A stretch of DNA of 64,000 nt from Candidatus Cloacimonadales bacterium (GTDB taxonomy: Bacteria > Cloacimonadota > Cloacimonadia > Cloacimonadales > JAIOQZ01), in contig CAXXTU010000002.1 in NCBI GenBank assembly GCA_963662655.2, positions 3,392,001-3,456,000 of the forward strand, read 5' to 3'. Made by a program: the position numbers and the translations under genes. The notes beneath the pieces were generated by a model, which searched no databases, was not told the origin of the DNA, and saw only the letters and a list, made by a program, of their open reading frames with translations. Shown here one piece after another: positions 46,501 to 57,720 of this stretch (position 1 is the stretch's first letter; every line of letters starts with the position of its first letter).

Positions 46501-48812
46501 AACAATACAATCATATTTGGATCAGCAGCAATGGATGGATTTCTTTCCTGGAAACGAACATGTCCACTTTCCGCAACTGGCATTTGCCGGGTCCGCTCGG
46601 GCCTCGTGCAATGATCGCGGCATTCTGGGACGATCTCATTACGTCGGGCGGTGGAATCTACACGTGGTATAACAGCGATGAGAATTATTTCGTGATCGAG
46701 TGGTACATGATGCGCAACCACTATGGTAACTATAACGAGACATTCGAGATTATCCTGTATGATCCCGAGCATTATCAGACATCCACCGGCGATGGTATGA
46801 TCAAGATTCAGTACGACGATTTCAATAATGTGGATCAGGGGAGCTCGAGTCCATACTATCCCCAGCACGGTAATTATTGCACGATCGGACTGGAGAATCA
46901 CAATTCGGACGATGGAATCGAGTACACGTTCAACAATATCTATACGGCAGGGGCGCAAACCTTGTCGGATCATTCCGCGATTCTCTTCACTCCGATCTTC
47001 GCCGGATCGCAGGATGTGTTTCTGCGCATCAATAATGTCGATATCATCGGGTCCGACGAGGATGGGACCGTGCGATACGGAAGCTATTCTCAGTTCAATA
47101 TCGGCCTCGAGAATACCGGTTTCGAGATGGCCAACAACGTGACGGCCAGCATCAGTACGAACAATCCTCATGCGCAGATTATCCAGGCCACTTCCGATTA
47201 CCCGGGTATTGCAAGCGGGGAGTCCCAGGTAAACGAGAATCCGTTCATTCTTTACGTGGATCCTTTCTGCCCGAATGAGGAGCAGGTCGCAATCGAGCTG
47301 CAAGTGGTTTGCGGCGAGAATGTGTTTGAACGGAATTTTGGTTTCATCTGCAAAGCGCCCGAGCTTGGCGTCAGCCAGATGCTTCTGGTGGATGAAACGA
47401 ACGACGGTATGCTCGAGCCCGGTGAAAGCGCCTCTCTGCGCGTTACGCTGGAAAACAGCGGGGCGTACACCGCGAACGGCATCAACGTAGTTCTCGAATG
47501 CGAAAATGAATATATTCAGTTCAGCAATACGGCGATCGTGCTCGAATCGCTGCAACCCGGGAACAGTATGCAACTCGCGTCAGATTTCAATTTCACCGTG
47601 AGCAGCGATTGCCCCGCGATCAATCATTTCCGCGTTGTTCTAACGACTTCCGAGCAGGTTGGGCATTACGATGTTTATCAGCACGATTTCAACGTGGGAT
47701 TTTTCGACAACCTGGAGCTCGGGCAGGGTGACTGGATTTATTACACGATCGACGGAAGCTACGAGATGTGGAATATGAACGACAGCAGAAGTTTCTCGCC
47801 CGAGACTTCGTGGAAATGCGGCGGTCCGGGGCCGAACAATTATTACAACGATATCCTCTGTGCCCTTGAGTCGCCTGAGATCACGATAACCGATAACAGT
47901 TGCCTCACATTCGTTTACTGGATGGAGGCCGAGATCAGTACGAGTTACCCGGGTTACTGTTACGACGGGGGATGCCTGCAGGCCAATGTGGATGGACAGT
48001 GGGAGCAGATCACGCCGGTTGGCGGATATCCCTATCTCTCACGCGGACCCTCATCGCAATTCGAGTATGAGACACCGCTATTCTCGGGGGAAGTCGATTG
48101 GGAGCGGGTGTTCTTTGATCTCAGCGATTTTGGCGAGACGATCAAGTTCCGGTTTGTATTTGGCAGCGATACCGGTACCGTTTTCGAGGGATGGTATATC
48201 GATGATATTGCCATTACCGAGAGCGATGCTTTCCTGTTGCCGCCTCGAAACCTCGTTGCGACGTATATGGGTGGCCAGAACGTTGTGCTGGAGTGGACAG
48301 CCTCCGAGTCGGAAGGCGATTCGTACGGTATATATCGCAGATCGAATTTATCCGAGCCGTTCAGCTTGATTTCCACAACGACGGCGGTCGGCTTCACTGA
48401 TGACAGCGCAGCTCCAGGCGTATATCAGTACTACGCGGTGACGCGGATATCGGGGGATGGGGAGAGTCCATACAGCGATCCCGTGCAGGTTTACACCGGC
48501 GCAAGTGGCCAAGCTGAAGTCGATGCACCCGAATACAAGACGGAACTCGGGCAGAACTTCCCGAATCCGTTCAATCCGGAGACGATTATTCCATTCTCGC
48601 TGAAAAAACCTTCGTTTGTTACGATCGACATCTACAATGTCAGGGGTCAGAGGGTCAAGCGACTGGTTCAGGGGGACTACTCCGAGGGGCAGCACCAGAT
48701 TGTTTGGAATTCTTTGAACGAAGCTGGAAAGCCGGTCTCGAGCGGTATTTATTTCAGCAAGATGAATGCCGGAGGCGTCCAGAATATCCGTAAGATGCTG
48801 CTTCTTAAATAG
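43590..48812 (+). CDS. Peptidase C25 (gingipain-like) multidomain secreted protein with FlgD-Ig CTD
   Basis: Propeptide, IIIVGD, IGRLS, ITCNTG, NLMGDPSL; repeated GNG..PGE Ig-like modules; NFPNPFNP..LLK. Confidence 0.85.
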   Translation: MKKLFGMSLILMTVGLLFSAQNVNTAKPLESKYFTMGAQSASSISLRFNRAECEMTEISVGGKTTQLLVGDNTSMIEGEGLPVLPYYTSMVAVPPRGGIALEINGYDEDIQTGVLIPAAVGVDISGNQTRNASLAFKTDEIYPQTIAEISQPQVLRDERFVILTVYPYAYNPATRELITRSNIEVNIVTENTQGVNEINTDRKRSRSFETLYNSLFLNPTGRDEAECQARSILIVYPDISAVEDVVFTMGNWKRRKGFEVAYLNIGDLSYSTNSHIKSYIQDAYDSWENPPEYIIIVGDANGSLSVPTWTENYSGYQGCGDNPYTLLDGGDLIPDAFIGRLSISTADNLFTIWSKIVNYEIMPYTSDTAWYGHSALISDTGSSGMSTYYTNQFTKESILWYDQDHTFTEVTQVSPSPTLLSNAFNEGSLVFSYRGIGELNGWDVDDINNLSNGKKLCNTTIITCNTGTFDSSQLSRSEALLRLGSSAAPRGAIGAIGMATNGTHTPFNNCLHGGIYYGLYMQGMNTMGEALVRGKLNLHKSYSSSFQTFVNSFSHWCNLMGDPSLEVWKTMPKSFTVNFEESLPTGSNSIHVQVIDGGGNGVEDAWVTINQLNDDNEELLFATGYTGPDGTIRLYFPNDTEGNVNLTVTKPQHVPTLETFTVGGSSMIGFHDVAIDDDNNGDSHGNGNSAANAGETIELVPVLKNFNNNQALSVSATLGTDDPYVTIIDSTEDYSDIEGGGVSTCNDDFEIEISLDCPDRHVITFTLEVSSTLGTWRCCFDVPVLGSDLDVNGFDISGNGVLDPGESANLVVTMVNSGNVTLNNVQATLESLGSYASVIDANAVFGDVAPGGETSCVSNQFTVSASSIAVPGMTCKFRVNLFNEDGYSESEILTLPIGMKTSTDPAGPDAYGYFCFDSGDTNYDEVPQYEWIGITPSENGSGTNTGIYDPGENYDDIGDVELPFIFNFYGEQYNHIWISSNGWISFLETNMSTFRNWHLPGPLGPRAMIAAFWDDLITSGGGIYTWYNSDENYFVIEWYMMRNHYGNYNETFEIILYDPEHYQTSTGDGMIKIQYDDFNNVDQGSSSPYYPQHGNYCTIGLENHNSDDGIEYTFNNIYTAGAQTLSDHSAILFTPIFAGSQDVFLRINNVDIIGSDEDGTVRYGSYSQFNIGLENTGFEMANNVTASISTNNPHAQIIQATSDYPGIASGESQVNENPFILYVDPFCPNEEQVAIELQVVCGENVFERNFGFICKAPELGVSQMLLVDETNDGMLEPGESASLRVTLENSGAYTANGINVVLECENEYIQFSNTAIVLESLQPGNSMQLASDFNFTVSSDCPAINHFRVVLTTSEQVGHYDVYQHDFNVGFFDNLELGQGDWIYYTIDGSYEMWNMNDSRSFSPETSWKCGGPGPNNYYNDILCALESPEITITDNSCLTFVYWMEAEISTSYPGYCYDGGCLQANVDGQWEQITPVGGYPYLSRGPSSQFEYETPLFSGEVDWERVFFDLSDFGETIKFRFVFGSDTGTVFEGWYIDDIAITESDAFLLPPRNLVATYMGGQNVVLEWTASESEGDSYGIYRRSNLSEPFSLISTTTAVGFTDDSAAPGVYQYYAVTRISGDGESPYSDPVQVYTGASGQAEVDAPEYKTELGQNFPNPFNPETIIPFSLKKPSFVTIDIYNVRGQRVKRLVQGDYSEGQHQIVWNSLNEAGKPVSSGIYFSKMNAGGVQNIRKMLLLK

Positions 48813-48849
48813 AGAGAAAACGTACGACTCGCGGTTGCTGGACAGTCTG

Positions 48850-49039
48850 GCGCGGCGGGGGGCGGCGTGTGCGCTTCGCGCACGATACGAACACCGGCTG
48901 TATTCGCAGAATACAGCCGGTGTTCGTATCAAGAAGCCCGTGCGTGCGAAGCTGACTTGAAGTTACTCGCGATATACGATGGATTACAATATTAAGATTT
49001 GCCGATAGTCAGGGCTTCTTACGCCGCCCCCCGCCGCGC
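48850..49039. repeat. Nested perfect inverted repeats forming a four-way junction
   Basis: 19-bp outer stem with three abutting arms of 6, 22 and 9 bp. Confidence 0.85.
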
Positions 49040-49391
49040 GAATGGCGCTCGCATGCAAGATTGAAAAAGCCGCTTCGGGTGAGGAGGACTCAACGGCGAG
49101 AATAAAAGACATGAGCATCGAAATCTCGAAGAAGCGCCAAAATAAACAAAGGATGCTGTTCGCTTTCAATAAAATAGATTAAATCTTCCACCTTACCAAG
49201 AGCATGCTGTTCAGTCGAGAAGCGCATGCGGGAAGGAGCTTTACCTGCGATGTTATGAACGAAATCTTACCTGTGCGAAACGATTCATAGAACTTTATCA
49301 ATTTTTTTATTGCAAAAAAAATCCATGCCCAAAAGATGACGTTTCAATATGATGAATGATAGTGAATCCGGAATTTCAGGAGGAAATGAAG

Positions 49392-51257
49392 ATGCTTAAT
49401 GACTTAAGAAAGCATTCAAAATCGATTATTTTCGTTACAGCGATCCTTTTTATCGTCGGTATGGCCCTGATAGGCGTGACCGATATTTTCTTTAAAAAAC
49501 CACCAGCATTGGTTATCAATGGCGAGAAAATCAAGCTCGAAGAATATGATGCCGCCTTCCAGAACGCGGTTAACGGTTATATGCGTGACAATGAAGGTGA
49601 AGTACTGGACGACAAGCAGATTCTCGAACTGCACCAACAGGTGCTGGATGAATACAAAACCCGTATGGTTCTCGATCGCGCCATTAAAAAGCGCCACATC
49701 AAGATTACCGACGCAGAAGTAGCTGAAAGCATCCGCAACAATCCGAGCCAGATGGTTCGTCAAAGCGAACTCTTCCAGACGGACGGTAAGTTCGATATGG
49801 CCAAGTATCATCAGATTCTCAAGGACGGAGCGCTTCCAAGCGGCGAGCCGCTCGACCTTTCCGGTCTCGAATATATCGCACGGCAGAATCTTCCCTACGA
49901 GAAGCTTTACGAAGAAGTTAAATCCGAAGTCGAAGTTACTCCTGAAGATGTGAAGCAGGAATACATCGACCAGAATCGTAAGGCCGACGTTGAGGTGATT
50001 TTCTTCAACTACCGCAATATCGAAGAAGTTACCATTACCGACGAAGAAATCGAAGCCTATTACAACGAACATAAAGAAGATTATCTTCAAGACCCGGTTC
50101 GCAAGCTCGCCTATGTTAAAATCGACATGGTGGCCAGCCCCGAAGACGAAGAAATCGTTAAAAAACACGCGCGGGATATCCTCAAGCGCGCAAATGACGG
50201 CGAAGACTTTGGCGAACTCGCCAAGGTATATTCCGAAGGACCTTCTGCGCCGAACGGCGGAGACCTCGGATTCTTCACCAAAGATCGCATGGTTACCGAA
50301 TTCAGCGACGCGGCATTCAGCATGAAGGTCGGGCAGGTCAGTGACCTCGTGAAAACCCGTTTCGGTTATCACATTATTAAGGTTACGGACAAACGCAAGA
50401 ACGAGAAAGGCGATCAGGAAGTGAAGGCAAGCCATATCCTCTTCGAGATCAAGCCTTCCATCGATACGGAAGAAGCCGTTTACGACAAAGCCTACGCGCT
50501 TTACGATAAAGCCACTGAAGTCGGTCTCGAAGAAGCCGCGAAGGAAATGAAGGTCGCGCTTCAGGAAACCGAGGAATTTAACCGTAAAGCTACCTACCTG
50601 AAAGAGATCGGTCGCCAGAAGAACCTTGTTATCATGGCTTTCACTAATGAAGTCGGAACCCTGCTCGAACCGTTTGAAGACGACAAGGGCAATTTCATTA
50701 TCGCCAAGGTCGCTTCCAAGCGTGGCGAACACTATCAGACGCTGGAAGAAGTATCAAGCCGCATCAAATCCAAGCTGGGAAAAGACAAGAAGATCGAAGC
50801 TGCGATCGAACTCGGCAAGAAATTCGCACAGGACAACCAGCCGGAAGATTATCAGAAGCTCGCGCAGGAAGCAGGCTACGAAATCGTTGCCGAGACTGAA
50901 GTCAATATGAAGAAACGAATCAAGCAGATCGGCCTTGAAGAGGATCTGAACCGCGCAATCCAGGATACGGATGAAGGTCAGTGGACCTCCCTGATCGAAG
51001 GAAAACGTGGCGCTTATCTCGCCAAGGTTGATAAAGTCTATCCTGCCGATATGGACAAGTTCGATCAGGACAAAGATGCGCTCAAAGAGACTCTGGTTCA
51101 GGAAAGAGGAAACGATTACTATACCGAATGGGTCGAGCAAAGCAAGGAAGCCCTTCGCGTAAAAGATAATCGCGCAGATTTCTACGCAGCTTTCCGTGCA
51201 GACGATGATAGCGCCGAGCCGGAAGAAGCTCCAGAACAGGCAGATTCGAAAAAATAA
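49392..51257 (+). CDS. PpiD/SurA-like chaperone with parvulin PPIase domain
   Basis: N-terminal TM anchor; FGELAKVYSEGPSAPNGGDLGFF..FSDAAF..TRFGYHII. Confidence 0.88.
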   Translation: MLNDLRKHSKSIIFVTAILFIVGMALIGVTDIFFKKPPALVINGEKIKLEEYDAAFQNAVNGYMRDNEGEVLDDKQILELHQQVLDEYKTRMVLDRAIKKRHIKITDAEVAESIRNNPSQMVRQSELFQTDGKFDMAKYHQILKDGALPSGEPLDLSGLEYIARQNLPYEKLYEEVKSEVEVTPEDVKQEYIDQNRKADVEVIFFNYRNIEEVTITDEEIEAYYNEHKEDYLQDPVRKLAYVKIDMVASPEDEEIVKKHARDILKRANDGEDFGELAKVYSEGPSAPNGGDLGFFTKDRMVTEFSDAAFSMKVGQVSDLVKTRFGYHIIKVTDKRKNEKGDQEVKASHILFEIKPSIDTEEAVYDKAYALYDKATEVGLEEAAKEMKVALQETEEFNRKATYLKEIGRQKNLVIMAFTNEVGTLLEPFEDDKGNFIIAKVASKRGEHYQTLEEVSSRIKSKLGKDKKIEAAIELGKKFAQDNQPEDYQKLAQEAGYEIVAETEVNMKKRIKQIGLEEDLNRAIQDTDEGQWTSLIEGKRGAYLAKVDKVYPADMDKFDQDKDALKETLVQERGNDYYTEWVEQSKEALRVKDNRADFYAAFRADDDSAEPEEAPEQADSKK

Positions 51258-51276
51258 ACAATGAAACGATAAACTG

Positions 51277-51304
51277 AAAAGCCGATGTATCAACATCGGC
51301 TTTT
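51277..51304. terminator. Intrinsic terminator
   Basis: AAAAGCCGATGT-ATCA-ACATCGGCTTTT. Confidence 0.8.
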
Positions 51305-51315
51305 CTTGTCTACAG

Positions 51316-53076
51316 GTGGAACTTATGCGGTATTTATACATGTTGCTGGTGGCTGTGATGATGATTCTAGGGCTATTCGGATGCTATGTGAAGCCCGATG
51401 GCGTTGTTGGTAAGATCAATGGTACGGAGATAACCGAAGAGCAGTACATGAGCGCTGTTCGCAGAGAATATGAAAATTACAAGCTCAAAAACAACCGCTC
51501 TCCAGTCGGCGAACAGCTCAGCCAAATCTATGACGACGCGTGGGATAACCTTGAACAGGGTATTATTCTCGAGTCCTTGTTCCGTGAGTTCGGGATTGTT
51601 ACCACCCGGGAAGAAGTGATGGACTCGCTGAGAAACAACCCCCCCGCGTTCATCAAGGAATCGGAAGTTTTCAAAAGCGAAAAAGGCTTCGATTACGAGA
51701 ACTACACGGCATCCCTGGAGACAGGGGAACCGGTGAATCTCGACTGGCTGAAGCTCCGCTACTTCAATGCATATATTCCTTATAGAAAGCTTCAGAGCAA
51801 GATTCTCCAGAATATCCCCGTGAGCGAGGAAGAAATCCGAAAAGAATATCAGATACGCAATGGAAGCGCCAGCGTGGATATCGTGAATTTCAAACCGGAG
51901 GATTTTGCCCGGCAGGTCGTTTCCCAACCGGAAATTGCATCGTACTACGAGGCGCACCGCGATTCGTTCCTGGTATCGGAATCCTGCACGCTCGATTTCG
52001 TCTACTTCCCGCTGGTTCCTTCCAGGAAAGACTCGTTGGCGGCTAAGACGCTGATCGACTCTCTATATAATGAATTGGAGAAAGGAAGTCCCTTCACCGC
52101 ACTCGTGAATAAATTCTCCGATGCAGAATCGTCTTTGAACAATGGCGACATCGGTTTCGTGGATATCGACAAACTCCCGAGAAAGATTCGTAAACAACTC
52201 AAGAGCGGTAACTACCAAAAAAGTACCGAGCCGTTTTATCACGACGGCGTATGGAAGATATACAATCCGGTTGCCAAGACAAAATCGATGGTGAAGCTTC
52301 AGGAGATTGCCATCGCTGCCCACGTGTCAAAGGCAACTCGCGATGCGCTGTATCAAAAGGTCACCGATTTCCGCGAACTCGCTCTGCAGATAACGCTCCA
52401 AAGGGCCGCGCGAGAATATGGCATGACAAGCCAGCGGTTGAACGACCTTTCCTTCGAGAGAAGTTACCACGAAGAACTTGGCTCCCTGGATCCAATCATC
52501 CAGCAGGCCATCCGGGCAGACCAGGATACTATCTTTCCACCGCGGTTCAACAAGCGAATGGAGAGCTACGTCCTCTTTCAGGTGATCGATTCGAAAACGC
52601 GGAGCGTTAAGCCACTGGTCGAGGTATCGGAAGACATCTTCGAAATCCTCCTCAAGCAGAAGCAGCTCGATGCAGCGAGACATGAAGCAGATATCTACGT
52701 GAAGGAGTACAACGATAAGGAAGCGCTCGCCAAGGCGGCGATCTATGGCTATAGCCGACTGTCGTTCGACCGGTTCACCTACCTGACGGATGTCGATGGG
52801 GCCTGGAGCGAGGAGCTGAACAGAACCATACTCGAATCCGAGAAGCCGGGAAAGATCAAGCATGCCATCCATACGAAAGACGGAAGTTACGTTGCGGTCG
52901 TGAAGAGCATCCAACCCGCTCCGCCCTACGGATATGAATCCCAGAAGCAGTTCATGAAGGAAGACATCGTGCTGCGAAAACGCGATGCCTATTTCCAGGA
53001 ATGGCTCGACGGAAGAATGGAGCAAGCGGATGTCAAGGACTGGCATAAGGACTATATTAAGCTGGATAATAAATAG
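51316..53076 (+). CDS. SurA/PpiD paralogue, probable lipoprotein
   Basis: LGLFGC lipobox-like motif; same layout as upstream gene; NGDIGF parvulin remnant. Confidence 0.75.
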   Translation: MELMRYLYMLLVAVMMILGLFGCYVKPDGVVGKINGTEITEEQYMSAVRREYENYKLKNNRSPVGEQLSQIYDDAWDNLEQGIILESLFREFGIVTTREEVMDSLRNNPPAFIKESEVFKSEKGFDYENYTASLETGEPVNLDWLKLRYFNAYIPYRKLQSKILQNIPVSEEEIRKEYQIRNGSASVDIVNFKPEDFARQVVSQPEIASYYEAHRDSFLVSESCTLDFVYFPLVPSRKDSLAAKTLIDSLYNELEKGSPFTALVNKFSDAESSLNNGDIGFVDIDKLPRKIRKQLKSGNYQKSTEPFYHDGVWKIYNPVAKTKSMVKLQEIAIAAHVSKATRDALYQKVTDFRELALQITLQRAAREYGMTSQRLNDLSFERSYHEELGSLDPIIQQAIRADQDTIFPPRFNKRMESYVLFQVIDSKTRSVKPLVEVSEDIFEILLKQKQLDAARHEADIYVKEYNDKEALAKAAIYGYSRLSFDRFTYLTDVDGAWSEELNRTILESEKPGKIKHAIHTKDGSYVAVVKSIQPAPPYGYESQKQFMKEDIVLRKRDAYFQEWLDGRMEQADVKDWHKDYIKLDNK

Positions 53077-53098
53077 TAGAGTGACTTTTTTTGCAACT

Positions 53099-53136
53099 CG
53101 AGGGCATCGTTTTGATATGGCGCCCTCGTTTGCTTT
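53099..53136 (+). terminator. Probable intrinsic terminator
   Basis: CGAGGGC..GCCCTCG followed by TTTGCTTT. Confidence 0.5.
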
Positions 53137-53463
53137 CAGCAGGTGATTTACCATTATAGAGGCATCGGTTGTTTCCATTCTTCGATTTTTTTTCGACCAT
53201 GCATACTTTTTTCACATTCGGGAGTCATACGACGGAACCGTTTGTAGCGTAAGGATTCGGTGAGAAATAGGGCATCCTTGAGTCTGCTGCGCTCAAGGTT
53301 AAGTGCTTGTTTTTGAAAAAAATAGCGGAAATAGAAAAAAACAATTGACATATAATCCCTGAGGGAGATTTTCAGCGCTCACAGGTAAATTCAAAAAGAA
53401 TCTACCGAAGGGAAATTCTGCATAAAGTGCAGAGTTATCGATCATTAGAGCCAAGGAGGAATC

Positions 53464-54648
<1,185 letters not shown>

Positions 54649-54661
54649 TTCTGGAGGAAAT

Positions 54662-54979
54662 GTGGGTAATAAGACTGAAAATAGAATACGGATCAAACTC
54701 AAAGCATACGATTATCGCCTGCTTGACAAGTCCGTTGCTGAAATTATAAAAAGCACACGCAATACCGGTGCGAAAATCATGGGGCCGATTCCGCTACCTA
54801 CGGAACGTACATTATATACGGTGCATCGCTCTCCCCATGTTGACAAGAAATCAGAAGACCAGTTCGAGATGCTGGTTCACAAACGTTTGGTCGACATCGT
54901 GAATCCCACTCCGCAGACAACAGGCGCGCTGAAGAAGCTCAGCCTTCCTGCAGGCGTTCACGTGGAGATCAAGGCTTAA
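54662..54979 (+). CDS. rpsJ: 30S protein S10
   Basis: [20 protein letters not shown] start after GGAGG. Confidence 0.97.
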   Translation: MGNKTENRIRIKLKAYDYRLLDKSVAEIIKSTRNTGAKIMGPIPLPTERTLYTVHRSPHVDKKSEDQFEMLVHKRLVDIVNPTPQTTGALKKLSLPAGVHVEIKA

Positions 54980-54989
54980 GGGGTGAATC

Positions 54990-55613
54990 ATGATCGGACT
55001 CATTGGTAAAAAAGTTGGTATGACTCAGGTCTTCGACGAATCCGGAAAGGTAACCCCGGTTACCGTCATCCAGGCCGGTCCCTGCCAAGTTGTGCAGAAA
55101 AAGACCGTGGACAAGGACGGCTACGATGCCGTTCAGCTCGGGTATGAAAAAGTCGAAGAGAAGAGAATCAATAAACCTCAAAAAAATCATTTCAAGAAGC
55201 ACAATAGCCCAGCTTATCGCATTCTTCGCGAGTTTCGTCTGAAGCTTTACAAAGACATCAGAGAAGGCGAGGTTTTCGATGTGAGCATGTTCCAGGAAAA
55301 CGAACTTCTTACCGTTCAGGGAACGTCGAAGGGCCGTGGATTCTCCGGTGTGATGAAACGCCACAATTTCCACGGATTCAAGGCAACCCACGGTGTTCAC
55401 GAATCGTACCGCGGTCCTGGTTCAATTGGTCAGTGCGCTACGCCATCACGCGTATTCAAAGGTCGCAAGATGGCTGGCCACCACGGCGTCGATACCGTTT
55501 CCGTCAAGAACCTGAAAGTGGTCAAGGTAATCCCCGAGCAGAATCTTCTTTTCGTTCAGGGCGCAGTACCGGGTCACAAAGACAGTATCGTGCTTCTTAA
55601 GAAGGAACTGTAG
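54990..55613 (+). CDS. rplC: 50S protein L3
   Basis: GKKVGMTQ, SKGRGFSG. Confidence 0.98.
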   Translation: MIGLIGKKVGMTQVFDESGKVTPVTVIQAGPCQVVQKKTVDKDGYDAVQLGYEKVEEKRINKPQKNHFKKHNSPAYRILREFRLKLYKDIREGEVFDVSMFQENELLTVQGTSKGRGFSGVMKRHNFHGFKATHGVHESYRGPGSIGQCATPSRVFKGRKMAGHHGVDTVSVKNLKVVKVIPEQNLLFVQGAVPGHKDSIVLLKKEL

Positions 55614-55648
55614 CCCGCTGGGTTACGAGAAATCATGAGGTAACAGTA

Positions 55649-56284
55649 ATGATAGAAGCAAAAAAATATTCAGCAACAGGGGAACAGACAGGAACCGTCG
55701 AGTTGCCGGAATCCTTATTTGCTGTCGAAGCCGATAATCCTGAAGCTGTCGTCTATGAAGTCGTGAAGATGTACATGGCGAACCAGCGTCAGGGAACCTC
55801 TGCGGTGAAGTTCCGCGCCGATGTCAAGGGCAGCGGTCGCAAGCTTTACCGTCAGAAAGGTACCGGTAACGCACGCGTAGGTAACCGCAGAACCGTCGTT
55901 CGCGTCGGTGGCGGTAACGCATTCGGCCCGATTCCGAAAGACTGGTCTCGTCACATCCCTATCAAGAAAAAACGTCTCGCTCTCAAGATCGCCCTGAGCG
56001 ACCTCGCAAAGAGCGGTAACGTTGTGGTTATCGACGATCTCAAATTTGAGACACCAAATTACAAGGCTGCTCGCCAGATTATCGACAAGGTTCTTCCCAA
56101 CAGCGGAAAGAAGCTTGTGCTGGTCGACAACAGCGACGCCAGCACCATCCGCTCGTTCTCGAACATGACAGACGTTCAGCTCGACCGCGCGGACGGCGTG
56201 TACGCTTACGAAGTGCTGCACTGCGAACACCTCGTTCTCACTTCCGATGCGTTGAAAAAAGTCGTGGAGGTATTCGGAAAATGA
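55649..56284 (+). CDS. rplD: 50S protein L4
   Basis: RQKGTGNAR. Confidence 0.98.
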   Translation: MIEAKKYSATGEQTGTVELPESLFAVEADNPEAVVYEVVKMYMANQRQGTSAVKFRADVKGSGRKLYRQKGTGNARVGNRRTVVRVGGGNAFGPIPKDWSRHIPIKKKRLALKIALSDLAKSGNVVVIDDLKFETPNYKAARQIIDKVLPNSGKKLVLVDNSDASTIRSFSNMTDVQLDRADGVYAYEVLHCEHLVLTSDALKKVVEVFGK

Positions 56285-56568
56285 AACACGAACGCGAAAT
56301 CATCATTTCCCCGATCCTCACAGAGAAAAGCTCGGCCCTGAAGGCAAAGCAGAACTGCTACACCTTCCGCGTGAGCATCAATGCGAACAAGATCGAGATC
56401 AAGCAGGCAATAGAGAAAGTCTTTTCCGTTAAAGTCGACTGTGTTAACACCATCCGCATGCGTGGAAAGATGCGTCGTGTACGTCGCGAACTTGGTAAAC
56501 GTCCGGACTGGAAAAAGGCGATTGTTACACTCGAGCAGGGACAAAGCATCCCGCAGCTTGAGCTATGA
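56281..56568 (+). CDS. rplW: 50S protein L23
   Basis: PILTEKS, WKKAIVTL. Confidence 0.98.
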   Translation: MKHEREIIISPILTEKSSALKAKQNCYTFRVSINANKIEIKQAIEKVFSVKVDCVNTIRMRGKMRRVRRELGKRPDWKKAIVTLEQGQSIPQLEL

Positions 56569-56583
56569 TAAGGGAGACAGACA

Positions 56584-57411
56584 ATGGCTATCAAAAAGTA
56601 TAAACCGATCACACCGACACAGCGATTTAAAACCGGTTATACCTTTGAGGAAATCACTACCTCCACGCCGGAAAAAACACTGATCAGACCGATGCCGAAA
56701 AAGGCAGGACGCAACAATCAGGGTCGCATCACTTGCCGGCACCGCGGTGGTGGTCATAAAAGACACTATCGTATCATCGATTTCAAGAGAAACAAAAACG
56801 ACATCCGTGCAAAAGTCGCGACGATCGAATACGATCCGAACCGTAGCGCGCGTATCGCCCTGCTTCACTATGAAGACGGCGAGAAGCGTTACATCCTTGC
56901 ACCGGTCGGCTTGAACGTTGGTGATTACGTGATATCAGGCGAAAACGTACCGATCAGAACCGGAAACGCGATGCCGCTGGCAAAGATTCCTCTTGGAACG
57001 ATCGTACACAACATCGAGTTCAAGGCTGGCCGTGGCGGTCAGATCGCTCGCAGCGCCGGATCAAGCGCACAGGTAATCGCGAAGGAAGGCGGCTACGTTC
57101 ACGTACGTATTCCTTCCAACGACGTGTACCTTCTTCGCGCCGAGTGCTTCGCAACCATCGGACAGGTTGGTAACCTCGAACACAACCTCATCTCGCTCGG
57201 TAAAGCTGGAAGAAAGCGCTGGATGGGTATCCGTCCTACCGTTCGCGGTGTCGTTATGAACCCTGTCGATCACCCGATGGGTGGTGGTGAAGGTAGAACT
57301 TCCGGCGGCGGTCATCCAGTATCACCTTGGGGCGTACTTGCCAAGGGTGGAAAGACTCGTAAGCGGAAGAAATATTCAGATAAATACATTATCAAGTCGT
57401 CCAAGAAATAG
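56584..57411 (+). CDS. rplB: 50S protein L2
   Basis: [21 protein letters not shown]. Confidence 0.99.
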   Translation: MAIKKYKPITPTQRFKTGYTFEEITTSTPEKTLIRPMPKKAGRNNQGRITCRHRGGGHKRHYRIIDFKRNKNDIRAKVATIEYDPNRSARIALLHYEDGEKRYILAPVGLNVGDYVISGENVPIRTGNAMPLAKIPLGTIVHNIEFKAGRGGQIARSAGSSAQVIAKEGGYVHVRIPSNDVYLLRAECFATIGQVGNLEHNLISLGKAGRKRWMGIRPTVRGVVMNPVDHPMGGGEGRTSGGGHPVSPWGVLAKGGKTRKRKKYSDKYIIKSSKK

Positions 57412-57423
57412 GAGTACGGATAT

Positions 57424-57699
57424 ATGGCTCGTTCGATCAAGAAAGGACCGTTTGTTGATGATCATTTACTGGTAAAAGTTGAGAAACTAAATGAAGCCGA
57501 TAAAAAGCAGGTTATTAAAACCTGGTCGAGACGCTCGATGATACTTCCTGATTTTATCGGACACACTTTTGCCGTTCACAACGGTCGGAAATTTGTGCCG
57601 GTTTACGTAACCGAAAACATGGTTGGCCATAAGCTTGGTGAGTTCTCACCGACAAGGACCTACCGTGGGCACAAAGAGAAGAAGAAAAAAGGCAAATAA
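57424..57699 (+). CDS. rpsS: 30S protein S19
   Basis: [19 protein letters not shown]. Confidence 0.98.
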   Translation: MARSIKKGPFVDDHLLVKVEKLNEADKKQVIKTWSRRSMILPDFIGHTFAVHNGRKFVPVYVTENMVGHKLGEFSPTRTYRGHKEKKKKGK

Positions 57700-57720
57700 T
57701 AGCAGCAAGGGGTAAATGGA

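Noticed and set aside
49050..49170. Possible riboswitch upstream of the PpiD-like gene
   Set aside because: Only short scattered complementary segments and no recognisable aptamer consensus
38185..53178. Long antisense ORFs (38185-39300, 46293-47573, 49416-50732, 52327-53178)
   Set aside because: They shadow well-supported genes on the opposite strand, have no recognisable motifs, and are expected from codon bias
53345..53356. TTGACATATAAT as a perfect promoter
   Set aside because: The two hexamers are adjacent with no spacer, so they cannot act together as -35 and -10
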